From NCBI RefSeq assembly GCF_006345805.1, contig NC_043016.1, positions 7,502,001 through 7,566,000 of the forward strand: DNA of 64,000 nt, read 5' to 3'. The stretch is from Octopus sinensis (Eukaryota). Numbering within the stretch: position 1 is the first letter of the stretch; the number at the start of each line of letters is the position of its first letter. Of this stretch, positions 35,380 to 49,007 are shown one piece after another. The notes below the pieces were generated by a model that saw only the letters and a program-made list of their open reading frames with translations, ran no database searches and was not told the origin of the DNA. Made by a program: the position numbers and the translations under genes.

Positions 35380-36365
35380 GATAGAGAGAGAGAGAGAGAG
35401 AGGATAAGGGGACTGAGAGAGAGAGAGAGGATAAGGAGGGAGAGAGAGAGGACAAGGGGGGTGAGAGAGAGAGGACAAAGAGAGTGAGAGAGAGAGAACA
35501 AGGGGTGAGAGAGAGAGGACAAGGGGTGAGAGAGAGGACAAGGGGAGTGAGAGAGAGAGAGGACAAGAGGAGTGAGAGAGAGAGAGGACAAGAGGAGTAA
35601 GAGAGAGAGAGAGGACAAAGAGAGTGAGAGAGAGAGGACAAGGAGAGAGAGAGAGAGGACAAGGAGAGAGAGAGAGGACAAGGGGAGAGAGAGGACAAGG
35701 GGAGAGAGAGAGGACAAGGGGAGAGAGAGGACAAGGGGAGAGAGAGAGGACAAGGGGAGAGAGAGAGGACAAGGGGAGAGAGAGAGGACAAGGGGAGAGA
35801 GAGAGGACAAGGGGAGAGAGAGAGGACAAGGGGAGTGAGAGAGGACAAGGGGAGTGAGAAGAGGACAAGGGGAGTGAGAGAGAGAGAGGACAAGAGGAGT
35901 GAGAGAGAGAGGACAAAGAGAGTGAGAGAGAGAGGACAAGGGGACAGAGAGAGAGGATAAGGAGGGAGAGAGAGAGGACAAGGGGGTTGAGAGAGAGAGA
36001 GGACAAGAGGAGTGAAAGAGAGAGGACAAAGAGAGTGAGAGAGAGAGGACAAAGAGAGAGAGAGAGGACAAGGGGAGAGAGAGAGGACAAGGGGAGAGAG
36101 AGAGGACAAGGGGAGTGAGAGAGAGGACAAAAAGAGTGAGAGAGAGAACAATGGGTGTGAGAGAGAGGACAAGGGGAGTGAGATAGAGGACAAGGGGAGT
36201 GAGAGAGAGGACAAGGGGAGTGAGAGAGAGGACAATGGGAGTGAGAGAGGACAAGGGGAGTGAGAGAGAGAGAGGACAAGAGAGCAAAGAGTGAGAGAGA
36301 GAGAGGACAAGGGGGGTGAGAGGAGGACAAGGGGAGTGAGAGAGAGGACAAGGGGAATGAGAGAG
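35380..36365 (+). repeat. Polypurine minisatellite (gaggacaagggg(ga)n)
   Basis: About 1 kb of almost pure purine on the plus strand. Source of the L/S/P-rich pseudo-ORFs. Confidence 0.95.
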
Positions 36366-36941
36366 ATGTCACAAATGAGAAGGGAAGAGAGACGAAAGAG
36401 ATAGAAAAGAGTAGAGTAAAAGATGTATTGAGGAAGACAAAGTAAAGTGGAGAGGCAAAAACATTGTCTCTCTCTGTAAAGTGTATATCATAACTTTCAT
36501 TAGAAAGAATTATGTTTTAGTCTACAATGTGTGAAGACAGAAGAAAGGAAAAACAGAGGAGAGTGAGAGAGAGACAGGAGAGAGGACACTACTATAGCCT
36601 CGGGCCGACCAAAACCTTGTGAGTGGATTTGGTAGAAGGAAACTAACACCAACCACTCTGAGATGTGTAGTGGGTGCTTTTACGTGTCACTGGCACAAGG
36701 GCCAGTTTGGTGGTACTGGCAACGGCCATGCCCAAATGGTGCTTTTTACATGCCACCTGCACAGGAGCCAGTCCAGCGGCACTGGCAATGACCTCGTTTG
36801 AATGTTTCACATGCCACCAGCACAAGTGCTAGTAAGGCAACGCAGTAATGATAATGCTCAAATAGTGTCCTTAACGTGCCATCAGCACGAAGGCAAGCTT
36901 GTTGCTCTGGCAATGATCTTACTTGTATGGTAATCTCACTC

Positions 36942-37022
<81 letters not shown>

Positions 37023-37951
37023 GAGAGAGGAGAGAGGGTGACATTTGAACAAATATGAACCCATGTAAACATATGGAGAGTAGCAAAGGTGTCCAACATT
37101 GACAGGGGACGGGTATGGGGTATGTAGTAAAATTTTTTTTGTTAAGTGACTTAAACAAGTTTTTATGTAGTGCATTCTGTGTGTTAATTCTGTTTGCATA
37201 TATTTTATTACTGTAATGAAGATGTATAACTAAAGTTGAATGTTTCCCAGTTTATATGTGTGACACTTTTTGAGAATGTGTTTGCATTTCATTATATATA
37301 TATACTTTCAAGTAATTATTCTAAATTGATTCTGCAATGCATAAAACAGAAGCAATTCTAAGTGAAATGTTTTTTAATGCACCAAATACCCTGGAGGAAG
37401 ACAACATCTTTTTGTTCTGTGATTTGGTGCTCTGATGGTAAGATATATATACTTGATCACAGAGTTATGTGACTGACAATGAAAGAAACTTGGCTTTGTC
37501 AGTTCCACCCCAGCAATCATGCAGGAATATGAATGGTCTTGTTGATAGTCATAGAGAAAGACCAAGTCATTAGAAGCTGAAGGCACTAGAACTAAAATAG
37601 TATATAAAAGGGATGGAGAGAATGCAATGCGATAAAAAAAAAGAGTTTCTCTCACTTTTAGCACAACAAGTTGTGATAGTTGTTTTGGGTGTATGTGGCA
37701 TAAGAGTTTCGAAAATTAGTTCTGAAGTGTTATAATTTAGTTGTATCCAAATTCTGTAACAACACTGCTTTCACATTTTCAGCTGAATATTTTTGAAGAA
37801 CAGCGATGAACTGAAGAGGAGTAATAATCTGTTAGACTAGTGGTTCTCAATCAGGGTCCATATAACAATAGTAAATTGGGGATACACAATAGGATTTTAA
37901 GGGCCCCTGAAAATAGTTTGCTTTAGATGTATGTAATGGTATGTATTGCAA

Positions 37952-38345
37952 AGGCGGTGAGCTGGCAGAAACATTAGTGCGCCGGGCAAAATGCTTAACG
38001 GTATTTTGTCTGCTGTTACGTTCTGAGTTCAAATCCTGCCAAGGTCAACATTGCCTTTCATTCTTTCGGGGTCGGGTAAATTAAGTACCAGTTACACACT
38101 GGGCTCGATATAATCAACTTAATCCGTGTGTCTGTCCTTGTTTGTCCTCTCTGTATTTAGCCTCTTGTGGGTAGTAAAGAAATAGGTATTTCGCTCGTCG
38201 CTGCATTGTGAGTTCAAATCCCGCTGATTGCCTTTCATTCTTTCGGGGTCGGGTAAATAAGTACCAGTTACGCACTGGGATTGATGTAATCGACTTAATC
38301 CGTTTGTCTGTCCTTGTTTGTCCTCTCTGTGTTTAGCCCATTGTA
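37952..38345 (+). mobile_element. SINE family B tandem dimer
   Basis: Junction aaagaaataggtatttcg at 38176. TSD ggtatgtattgcaa at 37938 and 38346. Confidence 0.85.
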
Positions 38346-38689
38346 GGTATGTATTGCAAGAAATAGTTGGATTTCTTTCCTTAACATTTTACATAGGTCA
38401 GTCTACACAAGTTAATGTGAGAAAAACAAAATAGCAATTTTGAAAGAAGTATCTGTAAAACTAGTTAATTTTAAAAATAAAATAGTAATCAAAGTGGGGC
38501 ATAGATAAAAAATGGTTGTAAACCCCAAAACAGTTAGCAACATCTGTTATACTAATTCCAGTCTAAAATGGCTAATACTATTTGGACTGGTCAAGTTACC
38601 TGTTGAATGAGGGTGCTATTTTTGGGAGTTAGGATGTTCAGAAATTTACTAATGGTTTCTCTAATTCTATGACAAGCTAAGATAAATTT

Positions 38690-40215
38690 TGAATAGTGTT
38701 CTTGAGATCAGCTGATGTTCCAAAATTTTATTTTCTATTATGACATATTCACTCTTAGTGTCAACAAGTAGCTGACTGTTGCTTCAATTTAAAGCAAAAC
38801 TGTTGCAGGCTGAGTTGCTGAAACGCCCCTGTTAAGTGCAACTCTTGTGTTAGTAGAAAAATAAAGTTTTTCTTCTCATTTCCAAATATAGATTCCTTTG
38901 AGACATTTTTCTCAACTTGTAAGTAGGTGAACGCTTTGGAATAATTGGCTGGATTTGCCTAAGAACAAGACTGTGATTCTGATCATAATCTTAGTGTTGC
39001 CTCTGAGATTTTGTAAGTTACAAACAAGAGTCTTTAACACTATTCTTTGAAACCTTGTGCACCCCTCTCATACTTTCAGCTTGGATTCCTTCAAAATCTC
39101 TGCCTGTTCAGATCTTTTGCCAATATTGCACAAAGGACTGCCATTGTGTGTAAAGTTGAGTGACAGCCTAACAGCAGAATGAGCAGTCATGCCACATGTG
39201 AGTATAGCTGAAGCAATTCCAGAAACAACAATTTGCTTGAGTGATCGGACAGCTTACCAAAACTAAGTTGATCAAAAAATTTTATTGCATATTCCAACAG
39301 GAGTATTAAGGAAATGTATTCTTTCCTTCTGACCAAGTATAATAAATTTTGAGGAGTGGCTATGTGGTAAGTAGCTTGCTTACCAACCACATGGTTCCGG
39401 GTTCAGTCCCACTGCGTGGGATCTTGGGCAAGTGTCTTCTATTATAGCCTCAGGCCGACCAAAGCCGTGTGAGTGGATTTGGTAGACGGAAACTGAAAGA
39501 AGCCTGTTGTATATATGTATATATATATATATGTGTGTGTGTGTGTATGTTTGTGTGTCCGTGTTTGTCCCCCTAGCATTGCTTGACAACCAATGCTGGT
39601 GTGTTTATGTCCCTGTCACTTAGCGGTTTGGCAAAAGAGACCGATAGAATAAGTACTGGGCTTACAAAGAATAAATCCCGGGGTTGATTTGCTTGACTAA
39701 AGGTGGTGCTCCAGCATGGCTGCAGTCAACTGACTGAAACAAGTAAAAGAGAGAGGAATATTAAGGAAACGTATTCTTTCCTTCTGACCAAATATAATTA
39801 ATTTTGATTGATATACCATTGCAGTTGTTGCATGTCATAGCTATTTGTCTAAAGAATCTCTTGAATGAAAGTTGCAGCTGAGTTCATACTGGAGCTAGCA
39901 GTTCACTGTTCAAAATGCTGCTGGCCACAAACTGTACAGTATTGTCAACGAGGTCTAGTGTTTGACTGCACAAGACAGGAGTTAAACTTTAGGTGTGAAG
40001 CTTTTAAATCTAGGTGTGCTTGATACAGAATGGTGAACAGACACAGAAAATTATACCAAAGACATTTCTCATTTCCGCATGAAAAACACGAAACTGTATA
40101 AGTATTGTTCCATCAACTTCCAAGAGTCATCATCTCTGGCAAGCTACAGCACAGACATATCAAGCAAATGGTTTGAGTTCTTGGAATGAGGACAGACCAT
40201 GAATATTGTGCAGGA
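38690..40215 (-). pseudogene. Helitron RepHel fossil (Rep-helicase linker and PIF1 helicase N-terminal part), interrupted by SINE A
   Basis: LHNIHGLSSFQEL...DDDSW, then SYDMQQLQWYI, then VSGIASAILTCGMTAHSAVRLSLN..CNIGKRSEQAEILKESKLKV*EGCT..TVLFLG, matching the Helitron SSGIAA..GGRTAHS / WDECTM motifs. Confidence 0.8.
39352..39758 (+). mobile_element. SINE family A with ~49-bp target-site duplication
   Basis: tattaaggaaa.gtattctttccttctgaccaa.tataat.aattttga at 39304-39352 and 39759-39807. Confidence 0.9.
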
Positions 40216-41215
40216 ACTGTCAGAGATTTAAATAGGCTATTAAAATTCTCTCTATTTCCAAATTATATCTTATAAAAAGTTAGAATGGAGTTTCAAATAG
40301 CATAGAAAATAATTCATTCTTTCATTGTTTCACATTTAAATTTTGTATATATTGTTATCAAGTTATGTTCACTGAAAGTGTTTTGGCAAAAACACAAGGA
40401 GACAAATATATTTCATACTAAAATGTATAGCGAACACAGTAAGTGTAGTGAAATGGTGGTGCTAATAAAATTCCCCATTTAAATAATTATATTGCCAAAA
40501 ATACATACTTTCAAATACCATTAAAGAGAAAAAAATTGATCTACTCTTTCTTCATTCTATGTTTAAATTTGCTTATAAATTTAAAATATTCAGATATCAT
40601 GCTCTATAAGTCAAACTTAATTTTTCTAAAATTTAAAATGTATTTAGAGTAACAGTCCAATTTCTTTATTTCCTATTTGTTTCAATCCCTGTACTGTGGC
40701 CATGCTGGGGTTTTTAGTTGAACAAATCAACACCAGTAATTATTTTTTTTTTTGTAACTCTGGTGTTTATTTTAATGATCCCTTTTTAGCAAACTGTTAA
40801 GTTAAGGGTATGTACAAAAACAAACTAACACCAGTTCTAAAACTGGGGAGGGGGCGGGCAAACGCATACATATATTCAAAGGGATTCCAGATAGTTTCTA
40901 TTTACAAAATTCACTCAGAGCATTTGTTGGCTTTGGGTTATAGTAGAAGACACTTGCCCAAGGTGTCACACAGTGGCACTGAATCTGAAACCAGATGGTC
41001 GCAAATTGAGCTTCTTTACCACACAGCCATGCTAGAACCAGTATGTTTATAGAATAAATTTCAGAATGTCCTTAAAATATCAAATTTTAAAATGAAACAA
41101 AATATTTTCTATATCCCATGGTATTTGAAATTGTGTACTAATTTTTCTAAGCTATGACTTTTAAATGTGGAATTTTAACAATGACAACATTCCAAAAATA
41201 TATTGTGTATGTATG

Positions 41216-41248
<33 letters not shown>

Positions 41249-42855
41249 GATACTAGCAGGAAAAGTGCAGGTGCAGGAGTGATAATACTCTAAACTGAAT
41301 CTAGAAAAGTACAAAACAAGGTATAAGGTTAAGCACACTGCAGCTGAAGTTGGAATTTGACTTCTGGGTGACATCTGACGGAAATAAAGTAAAGAAAAGA
41401 TTAAAGAGAAGACTTTCTCTTAGGTGGCATGCTAGTAATGTCATTAAGTTTGAAGGGCTCTTTTCTTTCCCTTAATGCACCCTTTCATGTGCACATCTAA
41501 TTGAGATCTTACCCAATGGATTATACTGAGAAAGATAAATTTTGTGCATTTTGGTGAAGAGTGGTTTGCTGGAGAGACTTTAAAGAAGACATGAGTGTTG
41601 TTCCTTTATGGGATTTTCTGGGTGAAGAGTGTTGGATTTTTCCCCAAAGCTTTATGGTTACAGATTTCAAATATATTGTTTAGCAGGGAAAGGTAGACCT
41701 CACCATTTTAATTCCTTCTTATTTCTGAATTGACAGGATACTATTACCTATTTGACTGTTACTACTCATGTTAAACAGAAGAAAGAAGAAGAAAGACATG
41801 CACCCAACACCAGGGCTGAAGACACCTCCGAAAGTGGGGGGCCTCCACCATGTCAAAACGGTAGAGGAGTAGGGGCTGAAACCAGATGTGGATCCTCCCG
41901 ATGATGTCTTGAGCTAACTGGATCCAATAAAGGAGCTGTTGTAGTAGCAGACCACGAAACACGGTTGTAATTCCTCCTGTTGTCATTCTGTCATCTCACT
42001 CCATGAACTATTTCTGTATGCCTAAATATCAGCTCAATTACAGTTGCTAAAACATGAGAAGTTAGGAGTACATTTTTAAACTTTGAAAGACACAACCCTA
42101 TCAACCTTGTTTTTATTTTATAGGGAGTAAATATAAGAAGCTCGACAAAGTTTTCTTCATAGAAATTAAAATCTAAAGAATGAAAATAAAATATTTCAGT
42201 TTCAATTTCAGCTGCAACTTCCAAGTTAAATTAAGAATATTATCATTCCCATGGTTGAATTTTCCTGCTAGTCCCCTCTTTTACAGGCAATACATTTTAC
42301 AGCCTTAAACATATCTGTCACTGAGATGAAGCTATAAACAGTACAAAAATTGAATTGTTTTCAAGAAGTTTAAACTATAAAAAAAGAGTAAATTTATAAA
42401 TTGACAAGAGGTAAATTATATCAAAATGACCATTAAGATTTCTAGAGAAAGGAGAAAAGACACCAATAAAGCAGCAGCTGATGAATTAAATGGTTCTAGT
42501 CATTAGAGTCAAAAGGTTGTCATCACATTCACATTCTTGAAAAACATCTTGAGCACACCGAAAATCTCTTCATCAGCATGGTGTTCAACAAGAAAGTTTT
42601 AAATGTTTCAAATTTGATCTAATTTCAGCTCATGAGCTATGGCCATGCTGGGGCACCACTATTTAAATGTTAATTTTTTTTGTTGAAACATGGTGATTTG
42701 TCTGCCTGTTTTCAATATCTACAATGCCAGGGTCATTCTCATTTCTTATAAGAAAGCTGCAATAATGTATTTTGGATGTGAATGAAGTTGTAATTGAAGA
42801 CTAAGAAACATATCAGGTGGTAGGGAATGTTTTTAGTCAGGAGTAAGTCTATAAG

Positions 42856-43190
42856 TCTATGTCAGGTCAGGTCTGTTGTATGCATCAGATCCTACTACTG
42901 GTAAACTGTAAACCAGTACAACCTGTGTCAGTGGGGTAGAAAGGGCTCCTTAGCCGTAGTGAAGGCAATCTATCTAGGGAGATAACCTTACAATAAATCA
43001 CTCGGTCCGTAGCTTAGAAATACTGGTTGACGTCCAGCGGGAACAGCTTTGTTTCATGGAGGAGGAAAGACCTTCTTTAGTACTTGGTTGTACAATGCTT
43101 TCCAATGTGTGTAGTAGTGGCGCACGCACACATTATTAGCCATTTGAAAAGACTATAAGTCTCGACCACGGTCGAACAATGATGATGATG
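42856..43190 (+). mobile_element. Short retroposon with (ATG)n tail
   Basis: 11-bp TSD aagtctataag at 42845 and 43191, and a (gat)n tail like the RTE copies. Confidence 0.65.
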
Positions 43191-43330
43191 AAGTCTATAA
43201 GCATCTCTGAAGACACATCTACTGAGATGAATAATAAATCACTATATTTATAATTTCACATTAAAAAAACTATTTAGATTTGAAGACTTAAATAGTTTCA
43301 GCATTGGCTTTTAGCGATGATTTAAAACCT

Positions 43331-43559
43331 TTAACCCTTTTGTTACCATATTTCTGCTGAGATGCTCTGTGTTTCTTTCAATTAATTTTAAATATAACAA
43401 AGAAGTTAGTAAAATAACTTAGTTATCATTCAGCTAATGTTAGGAACATAAATTGTGTCTAAGGTTTGGTGGAAGATTTTAATTCAAAACTTATGAAAAC
43501 AAGACATTTGTACTCAGAGCCAGAGCCGGTTTCAGCCGGGTTGGTAATGAAAGGGTTAA
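43331..43559. mobile_element. piggyBac-type MITE
   Basis: TTAA flanks at 43331-43334 and 43556-43559. TIRs cccttttgttacca and tggtaatgaaaggg. Confidence 0.8.
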
Positions 43560-43784
43560 AGCCAGATTGACATTATGACAGAAAAGCAGAATTATGTGTG
43601 TGAAAACTGTTTTAGCTTTTCATTGATGAAGAGTGGGGTGAAGTGAAATAAATTTATTTACCGTTGGCGAAGTATGTGAGGATGTGAACAGACATCTATA
43701 CACATATATACACATGTAAACATACGCATAAGTGTATATATGTGTACATGTATATACATAGTTGTATGTATGTATGTATGTATG

Positions 43785-43828
<44 letters not shown>

Positions 43829-44954
43829 TATATATGTATATATTATATTATATATGTATTGAAATTAACCTCTCTGTCTATATATCTACCTGCTTTGTAA
43901 TGTTGGCAATGAAATAAGTATAAAAATGTGCATTGTCCATTTAATTAAAAAATTCTATATGTGACTGAAGATTGCTCAACATTAAAACTGATGGATATAT
44001 TTATAGTGCTTAATAAAACGAAGTAACATGAAACGATTGTACTACACTACCTTGGATATCCTTGTTGCTTATTTTGATTATATATATATGTGTGTATGTA
44101 TTCACATATATTTACATATATACATATAAATATAGCAATATTTTGTTCATGTTTTGATGCTGATTTGCTACAAGGAAGTAAATGTTTCCAGAGCCATTTC
44201 AGGGTTGTCTCTCTTGTAGTACACAGTGCTGATAATAGTCAAGAATCTACAAATGCATTTACTGCTTCTGCCAAAGGACATCTTTAACCCTATCAAAAGG
44301 GTTAAAAATGTAAATTTACGCATGCAATGTACATGCTTTAAATTGTGATTACTGTTGCTGCATGCAGGCAACTGAATGAATCACCATCATAAACTGGTTA
44401 AGTCATTGTAGATGTTTTTCAACATCCACACCCTAAAGTGAGAATTTTTCTCAATGGCAAAACACAGTGAATATGGCCTTTGTATAGGTCAAATATGTTC
44501 CAAATAGGTTTGAACTGATATAAATGGTTGTTTATTTGCAATACTGCTTCTGCACATCTAATACAATACATACAACATACACAGCCACCCACAGACAGAT
44601 GATATATGTACACATATTCATACATACATATGTCTGTTAAAGATGATTCTGCTCAAGTTTGATCCTAAAGGATTTGTCATATTTTGTTATTATTCTTTTA
44701 TGCCTTGTTAGTAAGACTAAATCCACGAGTCTTTTAACATTTCAAAACCTTTGCATCTTATCCCTTTTTCTAAAATAATGATACAGTGTATTGTTCATAC
44801 AATTTGCTGTTATGTTGCAAAGAATCACAGGATTATTCTTATCTCTGATAAAATATCAAAGGTAAATTCTATCAGATTTTTGCGTTATATTTTATGTACA
44901 ATGCATCCCTATGAGCAGCTTCAATTTATATTTTACATGAAGTGTAACAGGCGT

Positions 44955-45365
44955 AGGAGTGGCTGTGTGGTAAGTAGCTTGCTTACCAACCACATGGTTC
45001 TGGGTTCAGTACCACTGCGTGGCACCTTGGGCAACTGTCTTCTACTATAGTCTTGGGCAGACCAAAGCCTTGTGAGTGGATTTGGTAGACGGAAACTGAA
45101 AGAAGCCCATCATATATATGTGCATATATATATATATATATATGTGTGGGTGTGTTTGTATGTCTGTGTTTGTCCCCCAACATTGCTTGACAACCGATGC
45201 TGGTGTGTTTACGTCCCCGTAACATAGTGGTTCGGCAAAAGAGACCGATAGAATAAGTACTAGGCTTTACAAAGAATAAGTCCTGGGGTCGATTTGCTCG
45301 ACTAAAAGCGGTGCTCCAGCGTGGCCACAGTCAAATGACTGAAACAAGTAAAAGAGTAAAAGAGA
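44955..45365 (+). mobile_element. SINE family A, full length
   Basis: Family motifs. Confidence 0.9.
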
Positions 45366-45769
45366 GATTAACAAATTTAAGAAGATTATTCTAAACTAAC
45401 TGTACTGAGAAAAAAAGTGAATATGGAAAATCTTTATCAAGAATATATGTAACAAAAAGATATGTATTTATTTAATATAACAATTTGAAAGAAGCTTTGC
45501 AATATTTAGACATAGAACCATATATATATATATATATATAATATATATATAATATATATATATATATATGAAGCAAACAGTGGATCTGAAAGTACTTAAT
45601 GCTATGAATAATAGCAAGTAAATACTGGGTTCAAAAAACAGTTTGAATCGAATGCTTCAACAGCTGCCCAATATTTTCAAGCTGTTATCGTAGTTTTATG
45701 TGGTTTGAGATACACTGCTCCAAAAATATATTATTTCATGTTCTCTCAGAAGTTTATGAATTTATTTGT

Positions 45770-45785
45770 CAACAATACACACACA

Positions 45786-45834
<49 letters not shown>

Positions 45835-46460
45835 ACACATATAAACATACATATATATATAAACATACATATAAACATACATATATATATATAAACATAC
45901 ATATATATATATATATATATTATATATATAGACATACAGATATATATACATACATATAAACATAAATATATATACATACATATATACACGCATATACACA
46001 CACATATACACACACCTATATACACACATACATATATATACACATACATATATATACATACATATATATACACATACATATATATACATACATATATACA
46101 CATACATATACACACACATACAAATATATACACACCCATATATATACACATGCATACATACACACATGCATACATACGCACATATATACACACATACATA
46201 TATATATACGCACATATATACATATATACACACATATATACATATTCAGACATATATATACATACACAGACATATACGCACATGTAAACATATATATACA
46301 CTCACATACATACACATGCATACATATACATACATACACACATATACATACACACATATATGCACATACATACATATACACACATATATACACATACATA
46401 CATATACACACACATATATATACGCATATATGTACAGATCTACACATGCATAACCACATG
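45770..46460. repeat. (CA/TA) microsatellite
   Basis: Direct inspection. Confidence 0.9.
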
Positions 46461-47045
46461 TACATACACCCATACTTGTTTCATTCATTGAACAAATCTC
46501 ATGTTGGGGCAACATTTGGAGCATTTAACTCATCACATCAACTCTGTACATTAGTCAAATATTATACTTATTCAGTGACTGAGTATCCCACATAAACTTG
46601 TGCCAGTCATGTAGTCTTTGGGAAGACCCATCGATGAAGTTTTTACTCAATGCAATTTTACTGAAAAAGGTTTCAGGCAATTGAAAGCTAATGTAAAGAA
46701 GACTTACTTGCATATAATATAAAATCCAGGAACTCATGATGGTGAATCAAGTTTCTTAACCACTTGGTTCTGTCAGACACACGGACACACACACACAAGA
46801 TAATACACACGCAAATAAATTTATATATATATATATGCGCAAAATTAATGGCCAGAAAGAAAGGTACAAAAACAACTTAATGATGAAGCATAAAAGAAAA
46901 AAACAATATGGAAATCAATAACAATAAGAACCAGACCTAATTAAAAGACAAAAAAAAAACAAAAAACAAAAACATAGTCAAGCCAAAAAAAATATAAATA
47001 AATAAAAAAGGAATGCTGACAGCAAGAATAACATATAAATCTTAC

Positions 47046-47093
47046 CGCTGTAGCAGAATTGCTTTTGTCAGGTTCCTCTTTTAAGTTTTTATT
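47046..47093 (-). CDS. Candidate exon (NKNLKEEPDKSNSATA)
   Basis: Acceptor tttggtacttttccttttag, donor GCG|gtaaga. 48 bp, with only this frame open. Confidence 0.7.
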
Positions 47094-47467
47094 CTAAAAG
47101 GAAAAGTACCAAAAATAATGAAGAAATCTGAACAATTTATCTGAGGCAGCAACATCTAACAAGCTGTGGTAAACGTTTTTCTAATTAAGCTGTTTGGAGA
47201 TAAACTTTTAATTATTCTTTTTTTTCATTTTTTTTTTGTAAATATTTAGTTAATGAGCTAATTTCACTCCCTAATAGTAGCTTTATTGTTTAAATATATG
47301 TATGTTTACTTGTATAAACAACACACTAATGGATATTGGTGTGTGTGTGTGTGTGTGTGTGTGTGTGATAACGGAGGGAGAAAAAGGACTGAGAGGACCC
47401 AATTGTTTAACATGGTGGATTTCGCTGAGTTAAAAACGTTGTAATAGATTAGTTGTGTTTTCATTAC

Positions 47468-47521
47468 ATCAGTTTCGGTGGAATCTTTCACCATGTAAGC
47501 AGAAATCACAGGGAAAGTAAC
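47468..47521 (-). CDS. Candidate exon (VTFPVISAYMVKDSTETD)
   Basis: Acceptor gattgcacag after a T-rich tract, donor GAT|gtaatg. Phase 0-0, compatible with both neighbours. Confidence 0.4.
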
Positions 47522-47698
47522 CTGTGCAATCTATCACTTTATAATAAAAAAAATAACAAACAAAACAAACCAGAAGTCATCTCCCTTATTGATTAGTTCA
47601 CCGTTTTTGAAGATGATGTACACAAGCAAATGACATTTAAAAAAAAAAACTAGTGAAACTGTGCATTAATGGCAGAATAAGAAACCTATTACACTAAC

Positions 47699-47733
<35 letters not shown>

Positions 47734-48355
47734 AGTGTTATTGGAAATGTGTAGCTAACAGTCAATGGTAGCCACCCTACTGAGTTGGTTTATAAAATTG
47801 CTTCACATTATCAACACATACGATTGTGATTCAATGTTTTGTATTACTGTATCAGGACAGCTTTGTAATTCTTGTCACAGACAACTACACAAACGTTTTC
47901 ATGAAGTTTAGCCAAACTACACCTCAAATCCATGAAATGCTTTGTCAAGCTTTTGATAAAACCATTTTAGTTTGAACATACGTTTTGGAATGGCTTGAGC
48001 ATGTCAAGACAGGCTGAATGTCACTTCACGAGATTGAGTATTCAGGGCAATCTATCACAAATAAAAAAGCTATAAAAATGTAGAAAAAAAAATTTGGTAA
48101 CTCAGCCATGAAGAAATATATATTTATCAATCTTATACAAACGTATATGTGCACATAGATGTATATAAAAATATACATACATACACAACAAATGCACATT
48201 CATGCACATATACATCAATTTAAGTTTGGGAATGTATACATGTATTTATACATATAGTTTTTGTTATAACTGGAACTAAGAGTTTGTCTCCTGATTTGAA
48301 TTTCATGTCACTACCAATCTTCAGCCAAAATTAGCAACACTCAACATTGGTGTGT

Positions 48356-48393
<38 letters not shown>

Positions 48394-48887
48394 ACATGCG
48401 CACAATCACACGCATGCACACACACACAAAATCCATCTTTCATTAATGCAAGTAGGTAGTTCATGTATTCTGTTTACTCGGTTACTGCAGGCTTACAGTC
48501 TACTCTGTGTAAGCACCAATATTCTGATGGCTTTCTAAAGGTATATCCAAGACAATGTTCTCTCAGCTGTTATTCATCGGCTAGTCCTTATTTTCCTAAA
48601 GGCTGCAATGTCAAAAATGATGCTCACTCTTTTCTTAGAAATGAGTACTACCCAGGGTTAACCAAAGGCATTTTTACTTGTCAAGAGTACAAATCTTCTA
48701 AGATACAAACTACAAGGTTTTTTTCCTCCAATTACTGTGTCATTCCATCATTAGAAGCTCTGAGGTGCCAAAACTTTTAATCCCTTGCCATAAGGTAATT
48801 GCAAGGGAACTTGGAGACAGAAGAAATCTTGGAGATGCCTGTCAGATATTTTGGCTCAATGATAAAGAGTCTTGGTAACTGACTCAC

Positions 48888-49007
48888 TTCCACAAATTCC
48901 TCCAGACTTTGGACCTTGTTACTGTCGGCACAAACAGCAAGACATGTTAACATTTGCCCAACATGTTTCCTCAAGTCACTCTTAATTGAATCAGTATGCA
49001 GATGATC
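48888..49007 (-). CDS. Candidate exon (DHLHTDSIKSDLRKHVGQMLTCLAVCADSNKVQSLEEFVE)
   Basis: Donor GAA|gtgagt, acceptor ttcgttaattaaag with an in-frame stop just upstream. 120 bp, protein-like composition. Confidence 0.7.

Noticed and set aside
35308-36372. 318-354 aa Leu/Ser/Pro ORFs
   Set aside because: They come from the polypurine minisatellite, which has no stops by composition.
41815-41900. CTGAAGA...GAAA pair resembling a hammerhead
   Set aside because: No consistent stems I and II, and no U16.1 after the stem III candidate.
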